Notes: generated by a model from the sequence alone, not told the origin. A stretch of 64,000 nucleotides of DNA from Candidatus Doudnabacteria bacterium (GCA_016186915.1 JACPKU010000004.1:3168-67167); one strand, 5' to 3'; positions 1-8,580 are shown, numbered from the stretch's first letter. Program-made: numbers and translations.

Positions 1-935
1 ATATAACCCTTTTTTTACTCTATATTTCAGGGGTTTTCCAGGCAATTCTAGGAATCTTGCAATTTTACTTGCAACATAGCCTAAATCTAAAATTACTAGG
101 GGAATATGTTGCACCACTTGGAACTGCCGGGCTAGCGACTATTGGGGTTGCAGGAACAAAGATCATCCGAGCTTATGGAACGTTTCCGCATCCCAATCTT
201 TTAGGGGCGTTTCTGTTATTTTCCCTCATATCAGGATATTTTCTTGTTTCCCGTGGAACAAGGTTTACCAAATGGTTGGTCGGACTTGGGATGATCGTGC
301 TGATTAGCGGCATCTTCTATACTTTCTCAAGATCTATCTGGATTGCAGCAGGAATCTCATCAATCGTATTTCTTGGCTATTATCTCCGGGATTTTTTAAA
401 AACAGGCCAATCCAGGCTCACTTTCCTAATTTTGCTAAGTGCTGTAGTTGTTTCATGCGGGACATTAGTCTTTACCTATAAGGACCTCATAGTCTCGCGT
501 GCAACAGAGAATATTCAGGAAAGTGCGCTGGCAAGTAGAAAATTGTTCAATAAAAATGGACTGACTATTATGTCTCAAGCGCCGCTGTTAGGAGTTGGGG
601 TAGGGAATTATGTGGTGGTTGCTCAAGATTTGTTTGATTTAGAGCCGTGGCAATATCAACCAGCCCATAATGTCTTTATTTTTTTGGCTGCCGAGCTGGG
701 AGTTCTTGGAGCAGCGTTATTTGCTATTATTCTTATAGAACTTCTAAAAAATAGTTGGCAGAAGAAAAATTTTCTAACCCTTACATTATTTTTTACTGGA
801 ATAATTTTTATCCTGCTTGCCAATTTTGATCATTATTTTGCTACAATACAACAAGGCCGGCTGACTTTTTTTCTCCTTCTAGGATTGCTTGCCGCTACTA
901 ATAATCTTAATCATGACCATGCTTCACCAGACTAA
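1..935 (+). CDS. O-antigen ligase / Wzy-like polytopic membrane protein, 5'-partial (frame is open to the window edge)
   Basis: Multi-TM hydrophobic profile. The Wzy_C-like stretch (LFDLEPWQYQPAHNVFIFLAAELGVLGAALF) is seen in sequence. No in-frame stop between position 3 and the TTG at 57. Confidence 0.45.
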   Translation, partial: ITLFLLYISGVFQAILGILQFYLQHSLNLKLLGEYVAPLGTAGLATIGVAGTKIIRAYGTFPHPNLLGAFLLFSLISGYFLVSRGTRFTKWLVGLGMIVLISGIFYTFSRSIWIAAGISSIVFLGYYLRDFLKTGQSRLTFLILLSAVVVSCGTLVFTYKDLIVSRATENIQESALASRKLFNKNGLTIMSQAPLLGVGVGNYVVVAQDLFDLEPWQYQPAHNVFIFLAAELGVLGAALFAIILIELLKNSWQKKNFLTLTLFFTGIIFILLANFDHYFATIQQGRLTFFLLLGLLAATNNLNHDHASPD

Positions 936-2283
936 ATCAGTTCTAAAATTTTTGGTGCCAAAATTTATTTTTCAAGCCTACTATTATTTGCTGGCTGTGG
1001 CTGGAAATTTCATTTACGGAAATCCTTCAGAAAAGCTAATTGTCATTGGCGTCACTGGCACCAACGGCAAAAGCACGACCGTAAATCTCATCGCGAAAAT
1101 TCTGCAGGACAACGGCTACAAATCCGCGCTGACTTCTACAGTAAACTTTAAAATAGGGGAGCGGGACAAACTTAATATTTACAAGATGACTATGCCGGGA
1201 AGATTTTTTCTGGCCAGGTTTTTGCATCACGCAGTCGAAGAAGATTGCAAGTTCGCTGTGATTGAAGCGTCGTCAGAAGGAATTTTGCAATATCGTAATC
1301 TCGGGATTCATTTTGACTGTATGGTGTTTACGAACTTAACTCCTGAACACATTGAAGCTCACGGAGGGTTTGAAAATTACAAACAGGCAAAGCTGAAATA
1401 CTTTGAACAGCTGCAAAACTCACCGCACAAAATCATCAATGGACAAAAAATTGCCAAGACCATCGTGGCAAACGCCGACGATCAACACAATCAAGGATTT
1501 TTAAATTTTCGAGTTGATAATAAAGTAACCTTTGGACAAAACGAACAAGCCCAAGTTCGGGGAACAAACTTTAAACACGATGAAAACGGCATTTCTTTTG
1601 AAGTCGAAGGACAAAAATTCAATCTAAAACTCAAAGGAGTATTTGATTTTTATAATGCCCTGGCCGCAATCGCAACCGCAAAAAATTATAACGTAGACTT
1701 AGTAAATTCTTATCAAGCATTAGAACGAATTGAAAATATTCCAGGCAGAGTAGAACTAATCAACGAAGGACAAAATTTTAAAATTGTAGTGGATTATGCG
1801 CCTGAACCAGAGTCGCTAAAACAGCTTTATGCCACTGTAAAAAGCTGGCCCGCCTTCGTTCTCCCAAGGCAGACTTCGGCGGGCACGTCGCACAATAAAA
1901 TAATCCATGTGCTGGGGTCCACCGGAGGAGGAAGAGATATCGCCCGCAGAAAAATTTTAGGCAAGCTGGCCGGTGAAAACGCAGATGTAGTTATTGTTAC
2001 TAACGAAGACCCTTATGACGATGACCCGCAACAAATAATTCACGACGTGGCCGACGGAGCAGTGGAAGCCGGAAAAATAATCAAAGAAAATTTATTCCGT
2101 GAACCTGATCGAAGACTGGCAATTGCCAAAGCTTTAAGCAAGGCGGAAAAAAATGATCTGGTGATCGTCACCGGCAAAGGCGCAGAACAAAAAATGGCCG
2201 TAAGCCACGGCCGTTACATTGACTGGGATGATAGGGAAGTGGTGAGAGAAGAGCTTAAAAAACTTATGGCTTCCCAACAATAA
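889..2283 (+). CDS. Mur ligase family protein (MurE-like UDP-MurNAc-tripeptide ligase)
   Basis: ATP-binding P-loop VIGVTGTNGKSTT, a Mur ligase central and C-terminal domain pattern, and VLGSTGGGRD. The true start is probably downstream of 889, because the ORF overlaps the previous gene. Confidence 0.7.
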   Translation: MPLLIILIMTMLHQTKSVLKFLVPKFIFQAYYYLLAVAGNFIYGNPSEKLIVIGVTGTNGKSTTVNLIAKILQDNGYKSALTSTVNFKIGERDKLNIYKMTMPGRFFLARFLHHAVEEDCKFAVIEASSEGILQYRNLGIHFDCMVFTNLTPEHIEAHGGFENYKQAKLKYFEQLQNSPHKIINGQKIAKTIVANADDQHNQGFLNFRVDNKVTFGQNEQAQVRGTNFKHDENGISFEVEGQKFNLKLKGVFDFYNALAAIATAKNYNVDLVNSYQALERIENIPGRVELINEGQNFKIVVDYAPEPESLKQLYATVKSWPAFVLPRQTSAGTSHNKIIHVLGSTGGGRDIARRKILGKLAGENADVVIVTNEDPYDDDPQQIIHDVADGAVEAGKIIKENLFREPDRRLAIAKALSKAEKNDLVIVTGKGAEQKMAVSHGRYIDWDDREVVREELKKLMASQQ

Positions 2284-3049
2284 TGATCTTTTTTTCAATC
2301 CCCAAGATAGGGTTTTTGTGTCCGGTGGGATAATCGCGGATGGCATTAAAAAAGGTTTCGTAGTTATAGCGATAATTTTCTCCTTTCCGCGTTCCCGGAT
2401 CATTGGTAATAAATTCTTGCTGCACTTCATCATAACCAACAACCACAATCATATGCCTCGGCGGGCCTGGCTGGGTGTAATTGGGATTCCCAATTATTGT
2501 TCCGTCAATTGGCGCAATCACTAACTTACCCAAAGCCAATTGTTTTTTTATCTCATCAATCGTGCTGTCGCGTGAAGTCAAGACATTGGGGTAATTGTAG
2601 TAGCGGTTGATTATCCGATCAACTGTATCCTCAACTGAAGTGTCGTGGTAGCTGCCGTACTGCTCATTTTCCCAAGCCGAAACTCTAATAATCTCATCTG
2701 TAACCCCTTGGGGTGTTAAGGTTTGATTGTTGGTCCAAGCCACAGCCATAATGACAGCTGCTTCTTCACAGCCGTCCTGAAAACGATCATCCTCCCATTG
2801 CGCGAACGGGGCTTGGGAAGTAAATGGCACGCTGATCAAAACCTGTTCAGGATAAGTTGGGGTTTGATTTTGATTCTGCGAGGTGTCTAGAAAACCTGAA
2901 AAATTATCTGTTTGGTTTTTGTAAGAAACCAAAAATAGGAGCAACGCTCCCAAGATTACAAATCCGATTGTAATAAAAATTTTTTTCATTGGTGGACTTA
3001 GGCGGAATCGGACCGCCGTCTGAGCAATGCGAATGCCCCGTTCTACCAC
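2264..3049 (-). CDS. Membrane-anchored secreted protein with a C39-like peptidase domain
   Basis: N-terminal TM helix, then QAPFAQWEDDRFQDGCEEAAVIMAVAW, which matches the peptidase_C39-like / DUF3335 pattern. This is family-level recall only. Confidence 0.4.
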   Translation of the reverse strand: MVERGIRIAQTAVRFRLSPPMKKIFITIGFVILGALLLFLVSYKNQTDNFSGFLDTSQNQNQTPTYPEQVLISVPFTSQAPFAQWEDDRFQDGCEEAAVIMAVAWTNNQTLTPQGVTDEIIRVSAWENEQYGSYHDTSVEDTVDRIINRYYNYPNVLTSRDSTIDEIKKQLALGKLVIAPIDGTIIGNPNYTQPGPPRHMIVVVGYDEVQQEFITNDPGTRKGENYRYNYETFFNAIRDYPTGHKNPILGIEKKIIIVGKP

Positions 3050-3066
3050 TGAACTATAAGCCCTGA

Positions 3067-3249
3067 CTAAAATTTAAACAGCCGCGCGAAGAAATTATCA
3101 ATCAGACCAGTGGCTTGATCGATAAAAAACAGGACAAACAACAATGCCAGGAACAAAACATTCCAGACAAACGAGGAAATCATTTCTCTTTTCAGCTGGC
3201 GGGTTTCTTCTTCTTCGTTATGAATTGAAACTTGATTGTGTTTGGACAT
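3067..3249 (-). CDS. Small hydrophobic membrane protein (hypothetical)
   Basis: 60-aa ORF with one TM helix. No other support. Confidence 0.25.
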   Translation of the reverse strand: MSKHNQVSIHNEEEETRQLKREMISSFVWNVLFLALLFVLFFIDQATGLIDNFFARLFKF

Positions 3250-3345
3250 GATTCATTATTAATTACAGACAAATTATAGCTTACTCGGGGGATTTCTCAA
3301 AGTTGGGAACTTGATATATAATGGTTACATTATTAGTCTTTTCCA

Positions 3346-3810
3346 ATGAATCCTACTTATTTACTTTATGGCTCTGCAATTCTTTCTGTCGTCTTGCTGA
3401 CTGCTATTATCTGGCTTACCTACAAACTTTACCAGTTGGATCAGGTCAGAAAACAATTTTTCTCCTCCCCTCTAAAAAAGGATTTGGAGCAAGTTTTGGT
3501 GGATCAAAACCGGCTGCTGACCAAAACCGTCAAGGACCTCTCTGGCCTTGCCGAAGAACTCACTGACCTTTCGATTCTTAATAAAAATAATTTTCAAAAA
3601 ATTGGAGTGGTGAGATTTAACCCGTTTGATGACGCGGGAGGAAATATGAGTTTTGCCTTGGCCATTCTCAATCATCACAATGACGGCGTGGTGGTTTCGT
3701 CGCTCCATGGACGCGAGGGAACCAGAATTTATGCCAAATCAATCAAAGCCGGGGCTTCGGAACACAAACTAACTGAGGAAGAAGCAGAGGCGATAAAAAG
3801 CGCTACTTAA
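3346..3810 (+). CDS. DUF4446 family protein
   Basis: N-terminal TM helix plus the conserved core VRFNPFDDAGGNMSFALAILN..GVVVSSLHGREGTRIYAK typical of DUF4446. Confidence 0.5.
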   Translation: MNPTYLLYGSAILSVVLLTAIIWLTYKLYQLDQVRKQFFSSPLKKDLEQVLVDQNRLLTKTVKDLSGLAEELTDLSILNKNNFQKIGVVRFNPFDDAGGNMSFALAILNHHNDGVVVSSLHGREGTRIYAKSIKAGASEHKLTEEEAEAIKSAT

Positions 3811-3873
3811 TTAATAATTTCTAGTGAGCAAAGCTACTACAAACTACTCACTACTAACTACCAACTAATTTAT

Positions 3874-4245
3874 ATGGCTAGACAACAAGAACAACCAGAA
3901 ACAATCGTGGCGAGCGGGATGCGGATCGAGGGAGAACTGAAAAGCAACGGCAACATCCGGATTGACGGCGTGGTTGCCGGTAAAATTCAAACGGCGCACG
4001 ACATTATGGTCGGAGGAACAGCCCAGATTGACGCGGACATTAATGCGGAAAACGCCGTGGTTGCCGGGGTGGTTGCCGGCAACATCACGGTGAAGGGTTC
4101 AATTTTGATTATGGAAACAGGCAAGGTTGCCGGCAACATTAGCTGTGCTAATCTAGGCATCAGAGAAGGCGCTATCTTTTCTGGAAATTGCAAGATGAGC
4201 GAACAAAAACAAGTCGATCTTCAAAGTGAAGAAGAACAAGAGTAA
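3874..4245 (+). CDS. Bactofilin (polymer-forming cytoskeletal protein, CcmA-like)
   Basis: Beta-helical repeat pattern: IRIDGVVAGKIQ..IMVGGTAQIDADINAENAVVAGVVAGNITVKGSILIMETGKVAGNI. Confidence 0.7.
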   Translation: MARQQEQPETIVASGMRIEGELKSNGNIRIDGVVAGKIQTAHDIMVGGTAQIDADINAENAVVAGVVAGNITVKGSILIMETGKVAGNISCANLGIREGAIFSGNCKMSEQKQVDLQSEEEQE

Positions 4246-5114
4246 TGTACTATTACATCGTTGATCCGAAAAATCTAAGTCAACGGCAATTTGAAAGAGT
4301 ACAGAACCAGCTGTACTCTTCTCTTTCTGAATTCAGAATCAGCGGCGAAGTTTCCAGAGTAACCGCGCTCCGGTCTGCGGCTCAGCTGGTTCTGTCAGCC
4401 GAGAGCCATAGAGCGAAAAATATTATTGCGGTAGGAAGTGACGATACACTGCACGACGTAGTTAACGCTGTGCCTGATGATGAAGAAATAACGATTGGGT
4501 TCATCCCTCTTCAACCTTCTAGTTTTGGCAATATGCTGGGCATAAACTCGATATCCAGTGCTGTAAAAACCATAGCCGCCCGCCGCACCATACTGCTTGA
4601 CCTTGGCAGTGTAATACAGACAAAAGTCAACCAGAAAACTTTGTTTTTGAAAAACCTGACTTTTGGCATGGAATTAAAAAGTGATTTAAACAAAGGCAAC
4701 TTATACAGCTTTAAACTTATCAGCCAACTATTTAACCTACCTAACATTGAAGTAAATTTTATAGGCGATAGAAAATTTCAAGGGACAAATACGCTGTTGG
4801 GCGGTGTTGTTTTCAACAGCCGAGATCAAGCATGCGGAAGCAGTTTTGTAAATCCGGCTGACGGCGTGCTTGATGTGCTGCTCCTGCCAAAACTAAGCAA
4901 GTATCAAATTTTCAAATATCGCAAACATCTTTTGAGTGAATGTTTGGAAAACATCCCTGGCGTTTCTATCTTACATTTAAAAAAATTGGAAATTTTAGGA
5001 CCAGAGGGATTGACGCTTCGAGTAGGCACACGCGTATTAGCCAAGGCTCCGGCCACTATCCAAATCGAACCTCGGAAACTTAAAATCATCGCCGGCCGAG
5101 AACGAATGTTTTAA
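4245..5114 (+). CDS. Diacylglycerol/lipid kinase catalytic-domain protein (YegS-like)
   Basis: DAGK_cat-like N-terminus (NIIAVGSDDTLHDVVNAV) and overall length. Confidence 0.5.
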   Translation: MYYYIVDPKNLSQRQFERVQNQLYSSLSEFRISGEVSRVTALRSAAQLVLSAESHRAKNIIAVGSDDTLHDVVNAVPDDEEITIGFIPLQPSSFGNMLGINSISSAVKTIAARRTILLDLGSVIQTKVNQKTLFLKNLTFGMELKSDLNKGNLYSFKLISQLFNLPNIEVNFIGDRKFQGTNTLLGGVVFNSRDQACGSSFVNPADGVLDVLLLPKLSKYQIFKYRKHLLSECLENIPGVSILHLKKLEILGPEGLTLRVGTRVLAKAPATIQIEPRKLKIIAGRERMF

Positions 5115-5115
5115 A

Positions 5116-5146
5116 GAAAAAATCCGACTATTTAGTCGGATTTTTT
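5116..5146. terminator. Bidirectional rho-independent terminator hairpin
   Basis: aaaaaatccgactatttagtcggatttttt: a perfect stem flanked by A-run and T-run, lying between convergent transcription units. Confidence 0.6.
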
Positions 5147-5168
5147 CTTTGTCGAACGTTAGACGTTC

Positions 5169-5242
5169 TGGAGCGGGTAACGGGAATTGAACCCGTCTCT
5201 CCTCCTTGGCAAGGAGGTGTAATACCGCTATACCATACCCGC
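5169..5242 (-). tRNA. tRNA-Gly (anticodon GCC)
   Basis: Cloverleaf on the minus strand. Anticodon stem-loop cctcc-ttGCCaa-ggagg, T-arm GGTTCAATTCC, encoded CCA. Confidence 0.85.
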
Positions 5243-5247
5243 ATTTT

Positions 5248-5324
5248 TGGTGCCGGAGATCAGAATCGAACTGATGACACGTCGCTCTTCAGGCGACTGC
5301 TCTACCACTGAGCTACTCCGGCGC
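5248..5324 (-). tRNA. tRNA-Phe (anticodon GAA)
   Basis: Minus-strand sequence gcgccggagtagctcagtggtagagcagtcgcctGAAgagcgac...ttcgattc...ccggcacca. Anticodon loop cuGAAga. Confidence 0.85.
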
Positions 5325-6005
5325 AATCCTTGGTTTTTGCAAGTATGCGTAACCTATTAACTTATCCTGCTCCAACGCGATCTTTATTTTAAAATACTTT
5401 CGACTCAAAAACAAGAGGTCTTTTCTGTGATACATCACATTAAAAATTTTTCTAGAATCTCCTTTCGTATATTCAAGATTTGATACTCCAACCCCCTTAT
5501 GAACAGAGCCTGTTAATCCGTAAAGTCTTTTCAATTCTGTCCTAAGCCATTTAATAAAATCGGGACTCGCAGAAGCAAATGATGTTTTAAATCCAAAACT
5601 TTTAGGCCATCTTTTATCCCAGAATGTATAAAATGTTCCATCTCCGTCAAATAAACCTCTTAAAAAGTCAGGAAAATATCTGTCAGGTATATCAATTTGT
5701 TTTATCGTCTTTGACTTTGCAACAGTTAAACCTATAGAATTTAAAAACTGATAAAATATTTTATCTCCAAACTGTACGAATAAATATTTCTTGTCAGTTT
5801 CTCCGCCTCTTACATGAGCGATGGTTTTATTACTTATTAAAAGGGCTCTCTTAAACTTATTAATCAATTCGATTTCTTTAGAACTAAATCCAATATGACG
5901 CTGATCTTTATGCAACCATCCGTCCGAAGTAATAAGACCGATTGCATAAGCAAAGTCCGAACTCCATTCAATTTTAACTTTTTGTTTAAATCGGCGGCTA
6001 ATCAT
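5313..6005 (-). CDS. LAGLIDADG family homing endonuclease (double-motif, free-standing)
   Basis: Two LAGLIDADG-type motifs about 100 aa apart: AYAIGLITSDGW and FLRGLFDGDGT. Located between tRNA-Phe and tRNA-Val. Confidence 0.7.
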   Translation of the reverse strand: MISRRFKQKVKIEWSSDFAYAIGLITSDGWLHKDQRHIGFSSKEIELINKFKRALLISNKTIAHVRGGETDKKYLFVQFGDKIFYQFLNSIGLTVAKSKTIKQIDIPDRYFPDFLRGLFDGDGTFYTFWDKRWPKSFGFKTSFASASPDFIKWLRTELKRLYGLTGSVHKGVGVSNLEYTKGDSRKIFNVMYHRKDLLFLSRKYFKIKIALEQDKLIGYAYLQKPRIAPE

Positions 6006-6061
6006 AAAAAGATTGCCGCCTTAATTAATATTATTTTAGCGTGTTTGATAGAACTTTTCAA

Positions 6062-6138
6062 TGGTGGACGCTGAAGGATTCGAACCTTCGGCCTTCGCAG
6101 TGTAAATGCGACGCTCTAACCAGCTGAGCTAAGCGTCC
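6062..6138 (-). tRNA. tRNA-Val (anticodon TAC)
   Basis: Minus-strand sequence ggacgcttagctcagctggttagagcgtcgcatttacactgcga...ggttcgaatcc...cacca. Anticodon loop tuUACac. Confidence 0.85.
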
Positions 6139-6140
6139 TC

Positions 6141-6227
6141 TGGTGGGCACGGAGGGAGTCGAACCCTCAATCCTTTACAGGCGCATCCACCTCAAGGATG
6201 TGCGTATTCCAGTTCCGCCACGTGCCC
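6141..6227 (-). tRNA. tRNA-Leu (anticodon GAG), long variable arm
   Basis: Minus-strand sequence gggcacgtggcggaactgg...catcc-ttGAGgt-ggatg, a long variable arm, T-arm ggttcgactcc, and CCA. Confidence 0.8.
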
Positions 6228-6264
6228 TTTAAAGCATAGATAATTTTACCACCTCGTTTTAGTA

Positions 6265-6293
6265 TTGACAAGACACCCATTTTGTGCTAAGAT
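6265..6293 (+). promoter_or_regulatory. Sigma70-type promoter TTGACA-N17-TAAGAT with extended -10 (TGcTAAGAT)
   Basis: ttgacaagacacccattttgtgctaagat. It shares ttttgtgctaa(g/c)at with the promoter at 8552. Confidence 0.5.
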
Positions 6294-6444
6294 ATGGTGT
6301 TTGTTCTTTAAAATTGTTTTGGTCGCGAAGCGGTGCTGGTTTTAGAATTGAGATAATCGATGCTAGTATCAGCGCTGTTTCCGATGAACGGAACAGTGTT
6401 CCGGCATTGCGGTAGCCAATCCGCAGTGCATTTTAGGAGGAAGG

Positions 6445-7023
6445 ATGGAGTTTAAGAAGTTCATGGTGTCCATCAACGTCAGCGATGACAAGATGGACGA
6501 GCTCGTGCGGGCCGGGTTCCCCACGCAGCGTCCGACGTTCGCGGACATGCGTGCCCGCCGGCTGGCCCATGTCGAAGCGGCAGAATCGATTGGCCGCGAC
6601 GCCTTACGGCTGGACCGCGTCGATGACCTCGGCGAGATCCCTGACAGCGGGCGCGTGGTCTTCACGCGCGAAGGCCAGGAGAAAGTGTCCTTTGCCCAAG
6701 TGGCGAAGGACGCCAAGAAGCTCGGCTTCGCGATGAGCGCGGCCTACGTCGAGAAGGCCCCGGGCAAGTCGGCGCGTCTGCGGATCTGGTGGGAACGCGG
6801 CGAGGAAGCCGTGCCGGTTGAACCGACAGGTGCAATGCGCTTCCACCTGGACGGAATGTTGAAGAGGGCGTATCAGCACCTGTATGCCTTCGACAACCGG
6901 GACACGGATGGGTCGTTCACGTTCAACGCGTCGCACACGATGGACGAGAATGCCCGCCGTGGCGTGCGCGACCTGCGCATCGGGGAAGGCCGCATGGCCT
7001 GCCTCCTGCGCGAGGACGCGTAG
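6445..7023 (+). CDS. Hypothetical protein encoded by a GC-rich, compositionally foreign ORF (192 aa)
   Basis: Strong SD (ggagga) 5 nt upstream of the ATG. Codons end overwhelmingly in G/C (gag ctc gtg cgg gcc ggg ttc ccc acg cag cgt ccg), unlike flanking genes. No recognisable family. Confidence 0.5.
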   Translation: MEFKKFMVSINVSDDKMDELVRAGFPTQRPTFADMRARRLAHVEAAESIGRDALRLDRVDDLGEIPDSGRVVFTREGQEKVSFAQVAKDAKKLGFAMSAAYVEKAPGKSARLRIWWERGEEAVPVEPTGAMRFHLDGMLKRAYQHLYAFDNRDTDGSFTFNASHTMDENARRGVRDLRIGEGRMACLLREDA

Positions 7024-7061
7024 CGACAACTTCGACTCCAATCAGGGGAGGGGGTGAGATA

Positions 7062-7092
7062 AAGAGCCTTAGCAGCAATTGCTAGGGCTCTT
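7062..7092. terminator. Bidirectional terminator hairpin (near-perfect 31-nt palindrome)
   Basis: aagagccttagcagcaattgctagggctctt, between the convergent 6445..7023 (+) and truD (-). Confidence 0.5.
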
Positions 7093-7113
7093 ATTAGTTT
7101 ACGGATTATTTAA

Positions 7114-8529
7114 CTAAAAAATTTTATCTTCTTTTGAAACGATTGCTCCTTTAAATCTATCAAATACTGATTTCAACGTTCCCATATTCAATACTTCCTT
7201 TAAATCGTAAGTTTGTTTTTTTACCCAGGAAGGAAGCGGTTTATATTCGATCAAAGTAAATATATGAGCCAAAAAAGTGGTTGCGTAGCTGCCCTTAGGT
7301 AAGTCAAAACTAATAGCGAGTCCTTCAGGAAGCACCTTGTATTTTTGGATTTTTACTTTCACTTTTGTGGGGAGTTTAGGATCACCAAATCTAATAAAAT
7401 CGAAACGCCTAAGTGATCGCTGAAAATCTAAAGGAATTTTGTCCTTCTCTAGAAAAGTCTTATAAAGTTGTTTTGCTCCAGGGTTACTGCTCAAAGCAAG
7501 TGGAATAAATTCCTGAAATCCTATATGTTTTATGGCCATGAGTGACAATACCTTATTCGCCAAATAACTTGTATAAGCATAAACCCAAAGTTTGATTTGA
7601 TCTGGCATAGTCCTAAAAGCACTGACGTAATCTGATCGAAACTCTCTTAACGAATCCAACATTTGTAATTCATATCGAAATGTATAAGGATAGGGACTAT
7701 AAATTTTCTTCATTTCATTCCATTTACCAAAAGCCCCAGCGGCAGCTTGTCGCACTGATACAAAGAATGGAAGATCAAATTCACCGGGATCACAAAGATA
7801 CGAACGCAGGGCCTTTTCGTACTTTCCTTGTAATAGACAAAGTCCCCACCAATGAGTTAAGGTACGATTACCAAATCTTTGAAACCAATAGTAGTTCCAG
7901 AATCCTACTTTACTAATCTGTTCTAGTTTTTCTTTTATCTGATCTTCCTGCAATTCCCGTTCTGTTCTTATAAAAATTATAAACCGATTACCCCACAGCC
8001 CTCCTGTTTTTATGTGTTCGCTTGTGTATCTAAAATTTCTTAAAAAGAAATTAATAGCTTTGTGTGCTAAGACCGCTTCTGGCTTAACCCCGCTCATGGT
8101 TATAGTCTGCGCTGTTATCGCTTCTGCGTCCTTAATCCCTGCGCTCCCGACTTGTCTTTCTTTAATTTTTAAATTCGAACTCAAATCTTTTATTACTTCT
8201 AAAGTAGAAATTCCAACCTTTACCAAATCCGCGGCAATAAACGGTGTAGCGGCTCCTTGAATATTATCCGACGACTGATACTCAACACTGGCATAGTTAT
8301 TATCAGAAATAATTTCTTCTACAATAAAATCTAACGGCGACAACTTAATAAAACCCTGAGGTAAATTATCATCAGGGATTACAATTCCTATCTTTTTTAG
8401 GACACCTAGATTGTCAATTCTGGACTTTTTCTTGAATAATTCTGGGTACTGTACTAGTTGCTCGCTAAGAGCCTCTTGTTCTTTCTTCCACAAAGAAAAA
8501 GTATCCTGTCCATTGAGTTCCATAGGCAA
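7114..8529 (-). CDS. truD: tRNA pseudouridine synthase TruD/Pus7 family
   Basis: N-terminal SPLDFIVEEI (TruD motif I) and the catalytic-Asp motif VGSAGIKDAEAITAQT. Its 471 aa is longer than bacterial TruD (~350 aa), closer to archaeal/eukaryotic Pus7. Confidence 0.65.
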   Translation of the reverse strand: MPMELNGQDTFSLWKKEQEALSEQLVQYPELFKKKSRIDNLGVLKKIGIVIPDDNLPQGFIKLSPLDFIVEEIISDNNYASVEYQSSDNIQGAATPFIAADLVKVGISTLEVIKDLSSNLKIKERQVGSAGIKDAEAITAQTITMSGVKPEAVLAHKAINFFLRNFRYTSEHIKTGGLWGNRFIIFIRTERELQEDQIKEKLEQISKVGFWNYYWFQRFGNRTLTHWWGLCLLQGKYEKALRSYLCDPGEFDLPFFVSVRQAAAGAFGKWNEMKKIYSPYPYTFRYELQMLDSLREFRSDYVSAFRTMPDQIKLWVYAYTSYLANKVLSLMAIKHIGFQEFIPLALSSNPGAKQLYKTFLEKDKIPLDFQRSLRRFDFIRFGDPKLPTKVKVKIQKYKVLPEGLAISFDLPKGSYATTFLAHIFTLIEYKPLPSWVKKQTYDLKEVLNMGTLKSVFDRFKGAIVSKEDKIF

Positions 8530-8551
8530 AGTATACCCTACCTTTTAACCC

Positions 8552-8580
8552 TTGACAAAAGGGCGGTTTTGTGCTAACAT
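8552..8580 (+). promoter_or_regulatory. Sigma70-type promoter TTGACA-N17-TAACAT (extended -10 TGcTAACAT) driving a ~285-nt leader
   Basis: ttgacaaaagggcggttttgtgctaacat. No CDS follows until 8865. Confidence 0.5.

Noticed and set aside
6369-7041. Overlapping ORFs in other frames and strands (6369..6716 -, 6485..6736 +, 6604..7041 -) across the GC-rich island
   Set aside because: High GC suppresses stop codons in all frames. Only 6445..7023 has a Shine-Dalgarno sequence and a coherent reading, so the others are treated as artefacts.
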